Shown: piece by piece, positions 56,671-64,000 of the stretch
How the letters are laid out: the number at the start of each line of letters is the position of its first letter
How positions within the stretch are numbered: the first letter of the stretch is position 1
From: Dehalococcoidia bacterium
GTDB lineage: Bacteria > Chloroflexota > Dehalococcoidia > Bin125
DNA: 64,000 nt
Direction of reading: 5' to 3'
Assembly: GCA_965243125.1 (NCBI GenBank)
Contig: OZ251529.1
Coordinates: 1,043,729-1,107,728, forward strand
Made by a program: the position numbers and the translations under genes
The notes under the pieces: model-generated
Seen by the model: the letters and a program-made list of their open reading frames with translations, nothing else
What the model was told of the DNA's origin: nothing
Databases searched by the model: none

Positions 56671-58041
56671 TTATGCCTGCCGCTGCGACGCCCGGCGTTG
56701 CGGCGCGGCGGCGCTGATCATTCTGGCGCGGACCGCGGCCGCCCCGCCGGCCTCGTCGAGCGGGCTCGGCGGCGGCGCGCCGGGCAGACGCGGACGGTTG
56801 GCGATCAGCACCCAGAGCGCGCCCGTCAGCGCGCCCAGGCCGAGCACCGTAAAGGGAATCTCGTAGCTGCCGGTCGCGTCGTAGAGCACGGCGGAGAGGA
56901 AACCGCCGACGGTCATGAAGGTGGACATCACGACCGACGACCAACCCATGATCTGCCCGAAATGCGAAGCGCCGAAGTAGTCGGCGCGCAGCGCGGTGAT
57001 CAGCGGCGCGCGCGAGCCCCAGGCGAGACCGTTAATCACCGCGGCGAGCAGCACCGCCTCGTAGGACGCGGCGACCGCCAGCAGGATCGCCGCCACGCAG
57101 TGGCCGAACATCGCCGGAATCAGCAGCATCCGCTTCGAGAAGCGGTCGCCCAGGTAGCCCATCCCCAGCTGGCCGACCAGCTGCGCGAGGTTCATCACGG
57201 TGTAGGCGATGCCGGCGTGGGTCAGGGTCAGCCCCTCAATGTCGGTCACGAGCAGCGTGAAGTGGACGAAGACACCTGAGATCACGAGCAGCGGCGCGCC
57301 GTGCGCGAGCGCCAGCCCCCAGAACGCGCGCGTGCGCAGCGCTTCGCGGGCGGTGAAGTCGCGGTGGCGGTGCGGCACGGCGGCTTGCGGCCCTGCCTTG
57401 CCGTCGGGCGAGGTTTCGCCCTTGACGGGCGCCGGTTCGCCGTCCTTGGCCAGCCCGCGCTGCTCGGGGTAGCGCACGAACAGCGTGGCCAGCGTCTGGC
57501 CGACGACGAAGAGCACGAGCCCGGAGAGCAACGCCGCGTTGCGCCAGCCGATCTCCTGAATCATGAAGCCGACCGGCGTGGCCAGGAAACCGCCCAGCGC
57601 GAAGCCGGTCGACATGTAGCCCAGCGCCCGCGAGCGCAGCCGCTCGAACCAGGTCACGACCGCCACGGAGACGGTCATAAAGCCGCCCACCGACGCGCCG
57701 ATGGCGACGACGAAATAGAAGCCGATGAAGGTGCCCTGGCTCCAGAGCTGCGAGAAGGCGACCAGCCCGATCGCGGTGGAGAGAATGCCGATCCGCATCA
57801 TCGTCTGCGGGCCGAAGCGGTCGATCAGCCAGCCCTGAATCGGCCCCAGCACGCCCGACTCGATCCGGGTGAGCATGAAAGCCAGGCCGAAGAGGGTGGC
57901 TGGCCAGAGAAACTCGGCCTTGAGCTCGGCCACGTAGAAGTGGAAGGCGTGCATGATCAACCCGCCCATGAGCATGTTGATCACGATGCCGGCGATGACG
58001 ATGTACCAGCCGTAGAAGATCTTCGGGGCGCGGAGTGACAA
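56671..58041 (-). CDS. MFS transporter
   Basis: 12-TM-like hydrophobic profile; TTG start. Confidence 0.75.
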   Translation of the reverse strand: MSLRAPKIFYGWYIVIAGIVINMLMGGLIMHAFHFYVAELKAEFLWPATLFGLAFMLTRIESGVLGPIQGWLIDRFGPQTMMRIGILSTAIGLVAFSQLWSQGTFIGFYFVVAIGASVGGFMTVSVAVVTWFERLRSRALGYMSTGFALGGFLATPVGFMIQEIGWRNAALLSGLVLFVVGQTLATLFVRYPEQRGLAKDGEPAPVKGETSPDGKAGPQAAVPHRHRDFTAREALRTRAFWGLALAHGAPLLVISGVFVHFTLLVTDIEGLTLTHAGIAYTVMNLAQLVGQLGMGYLGDRFSKRMLLIPAMFGHCVAAILLAVAASYEAVLLAAVINGLAWGSRAPLITALRADYFGASHFGQIMGWSSVVMSTFMTVGGFLSAVLYDATGSYEIPFTVLGLGALTGALWVLIANRPRLPGAPPPSPLDEAGGAAAVRARMISAAAPQRRASQRQA

Positions 58042-58309
58042 GAGGCGTCCTCACGCTGCGGGCTGCGGCCGCGTCAGCCTGGCGACCGCATTCGCCCATC
58101 CCAGCGGGGCGAGCAGGGCGAAGGGACGCTCAACGCAGTCAGTATAGGGACGCCCCGCCTACGCTCAGCCTCCCGATTGACGCTGCGCCTGTTTGAGACA
58201 TTTCGAGACGTTGCGCCTCACGCGCGCCCGCGCTCTGGCATACTGCGCGCCACAATCGCCGCCGAGGATCGCCGTCGCTCCTCGGAGCGCGCAACGGAGA
58301 GGCCGCCTC

Positions 58310-59245
58310 ATGCCGGAATCGCAGGGAACCCGAGCCGATGTGGACGCGCTGGCGCAGCAGCTCTCGAACTGGGGACGCTGGGGGCCGGAGGACGAGCGCG
58401 GCACGCTGAACTTCATCACCCCCGACACCGCCGCCGCGGCCGCCGCCCTGGTCACCGACGGCGTGACCGTCTCCTGCGCGCTCGAGCTGGCCAAGACGCC
58501 CGCCGCCGACAACCCCACGCCCGTGATGCACATGATGACCGCCGCCGGCGACGCCACGAAGCAGGCGCGGCTGCAGGGCCTCGAATCGACCGGCGACTAC
58601 TTCGCCATCGCCCCGCACGGGATGGCCAACACCCACATCGACGCGCTCTGCCACATCCTCGACCAGGGCAAGATGTACAACGGCTTCGACGCCTCCGAGG
58701 TGCGCAGCACCGGCGCGCTGCGCAACTCAATTATGGCCGGCGAGGACGGCCTCGTCAGCCGCGGCGTGCTGCTCGACATCGCGGCGCTGAAGGGCGCCGA
58801 CTGGCTCGAGCCCGGCTACGGCATCACCGTCGCCGATCTCGAAGCGGCGGAGGCGCGACAGAACGTGCGCGTCCGCTCCGGCGACATCCTGCTGATCCGC
58901 ACGGGGCGCGACAGCCGCCGCGAGGCCGAGGGAGCCTCGCCGCCCTTCGCGGGCATGGCCGGCCTGCTGATGGAAACGCTGCCCTGGATCCGCGAGCGCG
59001 AGGTCGCCATCCTCGGCTGCGACGGAGTGTCCGACGTGATTCCCTCCAACGTCGAAGGCTCGCCGCTGCCCATTCACCACATCATCATCACCTACATGGG
59101 CGTGCATCTAATCGACAACGCGCGGCTCGGCCCGCTCGGCGCGGCCTGCGCCGCCCGCAACCGCTGGGAGTTCCTGCTCACCATCGCCCCCCTCCGCCTC
59201 GCCGGCGGCACCGCCTCCCCCATCAACCCCATCGCCCTCTTCTGA
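58310..59245 (+). CDS. Putative cyclase family protein (kynurenine formamidase-like)
   Basis: ATG at 58310 with GGAGA 10 nt upstream; cyclase-family composition; 311 aa. Confidence 0.6.
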   Translation: MPESQGTRADVDALAQQLSNWGRWGPEDERGTLNFITPDTAAAAAALVTDGVTVSCALELAKTPAADNPTPVMHMMTAAGDATKQARLQGLESTGDYFAIAPHGMANTHIDALCHILDQGKMYNGFDASEVRSTGALRNSIMAGEDGLVSRGVLLDIAALKGADWLEPGYGITVADLEAAEARQNVRVRSGDILLIRTGRDSRREAEGASPPFAGMAGLLMETLPWIREREVAILGCDGVSDVIPSNVEGSPLPIHHIIITYMGVHLIDNARLGPLGAACAARNRWEFLLTIAPLRLAGGTASPINPIALF

Positions 59246-59392
59246 CCTGTGCCGAGGCCTTGTCCACGCAAAAGGGTTGGGTCTCCTTACGGCGACCCAT
59301 AGAAGCGCTCGTCAAGCACTTCCATGTGGTGCTCCAGGAGCGAGGACCGCAAGCAGAGCGCCTTCGCGAAACTGAAAGGAGCCGCTGAAACG

Positions 59393-59434
59393 AAAAAACC
59401 CCCGCCAGTGCGGCGCAAGCGCCGGACGGCGGGG
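59393..59434 (-). terminator. Rho-independent terminator (minus strand) closing the RT transcription unit
   Basis: The minus strand reads CCCCGCC-GTCCGGCGCTTGCGCCGCACT-GGCGGGG followed by GTTTTTTCGTTT. Confidence 0.5.
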
Positions 59435-59815
59435 AAGAGTGGCGGCCGCCTCTCGGCGACGCCCTCTCACAATAGACGACTGGTGCCGGGTGTCAAACAT
59501 CTCTGTCCGCCACCTTGCATATCAGTCTGTAGGAGAAACTAGACGCCCGTTCAGTCGGCTCGGCCTCTTGGTCACCGCCACGCCACGACCCATCGATCCA
59601 GTCGTCAAACAGGTGCCAGAGAGAGTAGCGCCACTAGTCCAGCGACGAACGACGCAAGCGCTCCGAAGACAGCCCACTCACTGGACTGCCCAATGCCCCA
59701 CCCAAAAGGACTAATGCTGTCCTCAGCCGCTGCAACCGAGTCAAAGGCAAGCGCGGCAGGGCCTACCTCACCGAGCACCTCGCCGCCCTATAGACGTGAC
59801 AGGGCCACGCTGAGA

Positions 59816-61348
59816 TCAGCGGGTGTTGAGCCGCCACTCTGCCGTGATCGGCCAACGGCCGCTCTGCGTCTGCTCCTCGAGCCACCAATAGTGTCGGCGC
59901 GGATGAGCGAAGTAGATCGCGACGCGTTGCTCGAACGGATGGAGGTCGCCGAATTCGCCGGTCACGATCGTCTGGCGCTCGATGTGATGCGCATCCAGAC
60001 GCCACGCCGCGTATCGCGCACGAATACGCAACGGTACGCAGCTTGTCGCCCTTGCCAAATCCAGCAAGGCTCGCGCCAGCGGCCCGCGTCGATGATCACC
60101 GACCTGATGCGTCGCGCCTGTTGCCGCCCGACAGAGCGCAATGACTTGCTCAGACGCAACGATCCCATCCGTCGCAAGCGACAGCGCCACGGTGATCATG
60201 CGGACACATTGCTCCGCGCTCGCGTAGCGCTTCATGTAAACGACGGCACGTGGGCAACTGCACTCCCATTGCTCGGGGTGATCGAGCATGTAGTCGATAA
60301 TCGCCGACGTGAGGCGAGACCTTGGGATGCGAGCGTCGCATGACGACCCGAACAGGTGATTCAGCAGCGATGCCTTCGGGGCTTCGCGGCGGAGCTCGTC
60401 AAACAATCGCCCAGCGAGTCTTTCGCCGTCGCGTTTTCGACTCCAAGCGTTGATGTCGCCGTGCGACTCGTCGCCTTCCGCGAGCAGCTGGCCGCCGGAG
60501 ATGCCGTGTTCCCACGAGGGCTTTGTCTTGGGCACCGAAACCGTCTGGCCTCGCTTGCCGATGGCACTCTCCCAATCGCCGTGACAGCTCTCCACGGCAC
60601 TTTGTGATCCATCGAGCTGATAGAGGTCGTCCATCCATCGCAGTGATGTGACGTTGACGTGACGCTCTAATGCCCTGTCGCCATCTGCGAGGATCAGATT
60701 GGCCAGCCACGCCGACGATTCCGGGCCAATCGGGAGACCGGGCACCCCCGAATCGATGGCGTACTTTTCAAGCGCCAGACGAATGTCGGCAGCGATTGAT
60801 ACGCCGACTATGGGGCGGAGCACATCCTCGACCACTCGCGGAGCAACGGACGGGTAGAACGCCCTGATGTCAGTCTTGATGCCCACTGGCGGATCGCGAC
60901 GGATTAGATCCCGCTTGCGGCGGCGGAAGACGCGATGGGCGGAGCGATGCGGCAGCGTCGTCAACGCAGCAGGTCGGCCAGAAGCGCGTGGTTCCCAAAG
61001 CACGCGCCCAGCCAAGACGAGGCGCGACTGTTGGCCAACGATCGCATCCGCCGCTTCAGTCAGAGCGAGACGCACATGCAATTCGGCGAACTCGTTGTGC
61101 TCGACCATTCGGCGCAGCGAGCGGTCATGCTTGCGTGAACCCCATTCGATGCCCGCAGGGTTCAGGAAATAGCCGCGCTCCAGCGATGCCAGCAGCGGGT
61201 GAAGCTTTGGCGCATGATGCACCCACCAGTTGAGATCAGCGTAGCCGAGCGGATCGGGCATCTGACGATCCCGATCTGTCTCAAAGTCGTGAGAGGCTCG
61301 AATGCTTTCAAGGACGCCTTCCCGGTTGATCTCGATAGTGTTGACCAT
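59816..61348 (-). CDS. Stand-alone reverse transcriptase (Abi/UG/DRT-like, single-gene type) with C-terminal alpha-helical domain
   Basis: Motif A/RT3 IKTDIRAFYPSV, motif B'/RT4 GLPIGPESSAWLANLIL, motif C/RT5 SLRWMDDLYQLDGS (the catalytic DD). About 180 aa of C-terminal extension. ATG 61348 is preceded by GGGGAG. No maturase/X, endonuclease or nitrilase domain. Confidence 0.75.
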   Translation of the reverse strand: MVNTIEINREGVLESIRASHDFETDRDRQMPDPLGYADLNWWVHHAPKLHPLLASLERGYFLNPAGIEWGSRKHDRSLRRMVEHNEFAELHVRLALTEAADAIVGQQSRLVLAGRVLWEPRASGRPAALTTLPHRSAHRVFRRRKRDLIRRDPPVGIKTDIRAFYPSVAPRVVEDVLRPIVGVSIAADIRLALEKYAIDSGVPGLPIGPESSAWLANLILADGDRALERHVNVTSLRWMDDLYQLDGSQSAVESCHGDWESAIGKRGQTVSVPKTKPSWEHGISGGQLLAEGDESHGDINAWSRKRDGERLAGRLFDELRREAPKASLLNHLFGSSCDARIPRSRLTSAIIDYMLDHPEQWECSCPRAVVYMKRYASAEQCVRMITVALSLATDGIVASEQVIALCRAATGATHQVGDHRRGPLARALLDLARATSCVPLRIRARYAAWRLDAHHIERQTIVTGEFGDLHPFEQRVAIYFAHPRRHYWWLEEQTQSGRWPITAEWRLNTR

Positions 61349-61771
61349 ATGCTCCCCTTCACTGAAAGCGGTCGTTCGTCTGTGCTGCCCGTCGGCGACG
61401 CAGGCCTCCACAGTACCGCGCGAGCGTGAAACCAGCGGAGCGGCTGTCGTAGCGGTCTGTAGACTCCGAGGCAGATCGGGACCCAACTAGGCTCATCAGC
61501 TGGCCCGCCGTCTTCAACGAAGCCTCAGCTGCGTGCTCTCGGATCCTCTCCCCGATCCACCTGATCGCCCCTCAGCCTTCGGGCAGCATCAGCGCGAATG
61601 CCAGCCAGACGCAGCACCTGCCCTCCTCCTCCTCCGCGTCAACGCTGGCGGCGCGACCCACCGGCCGGCCGCCTCGCTGGGGCGACAGCCGCGCGCGACG
61701 GCACCCTCTGCCGTTAGGGTGAACACGCCGGGAGCGGCGCGCAGCCGCTTCGAGACGTGAATGGAGACCGC

Positions 61772-64000
61772 CATGACCGCCACCTTGCCGCTTGACGGCG
61801 CAGTTGTGCTCGACCTGGCCGACGAACCGGCGGTGGCCGCCGGGCGCTATCTCGCCGACCTCGGCGCGCGCGTGGTGCGGATCGAGTCGGCCGGCGGCGA
61901 CCGCCTGCGCCGCGTGGGGCCGTGGGTCGACGGCGAGCCGGGCCTGGAGCGCGGGCTGCGGCACCTGCTCTACAACCAGGGCAAACAGTCGCTGGCGCTG
62001 GCGCTGGACGCGCCCGAGTCGTGGGACATCGTGGAGCTGCTCGCCGAGCGCGCCGATGTCGTGATCGGCCCCGTCGAAAAATCCGAGCGCGCCCGCCGCG
62101 CCTTCGAGCGCCTGCACCGCGCCGCCGAAGCGAACGCCGAGGGCGCGCCCAGCGTGATCGACATCGTCTTCCGTCGCGGCAATCCGGAGCAGGCCGCGAC
62201 CGACCTGATCGCGATGGCCGCCGGCAGCCAGCTGGTCTGCAACGGCTTCCCGGAGATCGCGCCCGACTACCCCGCCGGCAAGCTCGGCTACAAGCAGACC
62301 TCCTACTGCGCCGTCGCGGCGGCGGTGGCCTCGCTCTGGCAGCAGCGGCGCGGCGGGCCGGCGACGAGCAGCATCGTCAGCATGCAGGAAGCCGTCGCCT
62401 CCACCATGATCCAGGCCGCCAACCAGAACCTCTACGTCTGGCACGGCATGATCGCTGAGCGCGACGGCACCGGCGGCCTCAAGTACCCGGTCGTCGGCGC
62501 GGGCTTCGGCGCATACGAGCAGGGCCGCTTCGAGGACGGCGAAATCGTCTTCATCAACACCCCCGGCTCCACCTACCAGTGCGCCGACGGCAAGTGGGTC
62601 ACCTACCTCGGCAACCCGACCAGCACGGCATGGGAGAATTTCCCCAACTGGTACGCGGAGGTGACGGGCGACGATTCGCTGCTCCAGGAGCCGTGGACAT
62701 CGCAGGACTACCGCGTCGCGCACCGCGAGCAGATGATCGAATTCACGCGCCGCTTCTGCGCCGCGCAGAACCGCGAGGAGCTCGTGCGCCGCGCCCAAGC
62801 GGAGGGCGACCTCGGCCTGCCCGTGCAAACCGCGCACGATCTGGTGGGCGACATCCACCTCCAGGAGCGCGGCTTCTTCCGGCCCGTCGAGCACCCCCAG
62901 CTGGGCCGCAGCGTCACCCTGCCGCGCTCGCCCTACCGCTCCGACGCCTACGAGTTCGCCTCGCGCCCCGCGCCGGCGCTGGGCGCGGACAGCGTCGAGG
63001 TGCTGCGCGAGCTCGGCGGCCTCAGTGCGGACGCGGTAAGCGAGCTGATCGAGCTGGGCATCGTGCGCGGCGGGCGAGCGAAACTGCGCAACCTCAACGG
63101 CGCGTCCGCCTCGCCGCAGCCGAGCGCGCCGGCCGAGCACGCGGCCGATGCGCTGCCGCTCGCCGGCGTGCGCGTGCTCGATTTCTGCTGGATGGCGGCC
63201 GGCCCGCTGATCACCGAAATGCTCGCCAACCTCGGCGCCGACGTGATCAAAATCGAGTCGGCCTCGGGACTGGACAGCGTGCGCGAGTTCTCGCACCCGC
63301 CGCGCGGCTTCAGCATCGACACCGGCGCGTTCTTCAACGACACCAATACCGACAAACGCAGTATCACGCTCAACCTGCACAAACCGCAGAGCCTCGAACT
63401 GATCCGCCGGGTGCTGCCGCAGTTCGATATCGTCACCAACAACTTCGCGCCCGGCGCGATGGAAAAGTTCGGCCTCACCTATGAGGCGCTGCGCGAGCTG
63501 AAGCCCGACCTGATCTACGCCTCGTTCCCGGTAATGGGCACCTGGGGACCCAACAACGGCTGGCGCGGCATCGGCAACGGCGTCACAGGGATCTCCGGCG
63601 TCGTCGGCCAGACCGGCCAGCCCGACCGCGCCCCGATCGGCCTCGGCTCGCTGCATACCGACTTCACGCTCGCGCCGATCGCCGCCTCCCAGATCATCGC
63701 CGCCCTGATCCACCGCGACCGTACCGGCGAGGGGCAGGAGATCGAAATCGCCCAGTACGAAGCCGCCGTCCACCTGCTCGATACCGAGCTGATGGACGCG
63801 CTAGTCAACGATGTGGATACCCCGCGGATCGGCAACCGCTCCGCCGAGTACGCCCCGCATGGCCTCTTCCCCGCCAACGGAAACGACGAGTGGCTGGCTG
63901 TCGCCGTGCGCAGTACCGGCGAGTGGCTCGAACTCTGCGCCCAAATTAACCGCCCCGACCTCGCGCAACGCGAAGACCTGCGCACGCTCGCCGGCCGTAA
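61772..64000 (+). CDS. Tandem double CoA-transferase family III protein (partial; runs off window), apparent +1 frameshift near the start
   Basis: Two CaiB/BaiF N-terminal signatures: VVLDLADEPAVAAGRYLADLGARVVRIES and VRVLDFCWMAAGPLITEMLANLGADVIKIES. The ATG 61772 frame (MTATLPLDG) joins the long frame only if one C in GGCGCC (about 61797..61802) is removed. Absent from the ORF track because it has no stop in the window. Confidence 0.55.

Noticed and set aside
59816-61348. Group II intron or retron interpretation of the RT
   Set aside because: There is no maturase/X or En domain and no flanking ribozyme-like conserved sequence. At 510 aa with a long helical C-terminal domain and no adjacent effector gene, it fits single-gene Abi/DRT-type RTs better. 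This should still be confirmed by profile search.
61572-63773. 733-aa minus-strand ORF
   Set aside because: Antisense to the double CoA-transferase gene. That gene was missing from the track only because it has no in-window stop.

Overview
This is a high-GC (about 70%) bacterial chromosomal window, with an actinobacterial or Chloroflexi-like gene set: F420/LLM oxidoreductases, a mycothiol-type DinB_2 protein, menaquinone genes, and an LPXTG-anchored protein. The backbone is ordinary metabolism: menaquinone biosynthesis (menA, menB, a TetR regulator, ubiE/menG), several luciferase-like monooxygenases, SDRs, CoA-transferases, ilvE, plsY, an MFS transporter and a GMC oxidoreductase. Several lower-GC accessory insertions interrupt it.

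The accessory elements, in order of interest:
- A solitary reverse transcriptase of about 510 aa (59816..61348, minus strand). It has clear RT motifs A, B' and C and a long alpha-helical C-terminal region. Non-coding sequence flanks it on both sides, including about 380 nt of lower-GC 3' region that ends at a rho-independent terminator. This fits a single-gene Abi/DRT-like defence RT with an associated ncRNA.
- A three-gene minus-strand operon at 20415..26604: a small NpmA/KamB-like class I methyltransferase, a roughly 950-aa Type IIG restriction-modification fusion (PD-ExK nuclease plus an NPPF N6-adenine methyltransferase), and an RloC/PrrC-like ABC-ATPase with a coiled-coil CxxC zinc hook.
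- A NO-VEIN-like GHKL-ATPase plus DUF3883 protein (6150..9173), an orphan DPPY-type DNA methyltransferase, and a GmrSD (DUF262/DUF1524) Type IV restriction enzyme.
- Four paralogous MerR-like-HTH/DUF433 plus DUF5615 (PIN-like) toxin-antitoxin-like modules. They sit as two inverted tandem pairs flanking a 6-kb cargo that encodes an RCC1-repeat LPXTG surface protein. One toxin copy carries an in-frame nonsense mutation.
- Two further HTH-DUF433/DUF5615 modules whose DUF5615 genes are both interrupted by copies of a palindromic MITE-like element. One copy of that element carries a GIY-YIG nuclease remnant.
- A tandem pair of unusual fused STAS-like/GHKL-kinase/DUF4325 proteins.

Many long ORFs in the supplied six-frame track are antisense or out-of-frame artefacts of high GC and were not called.
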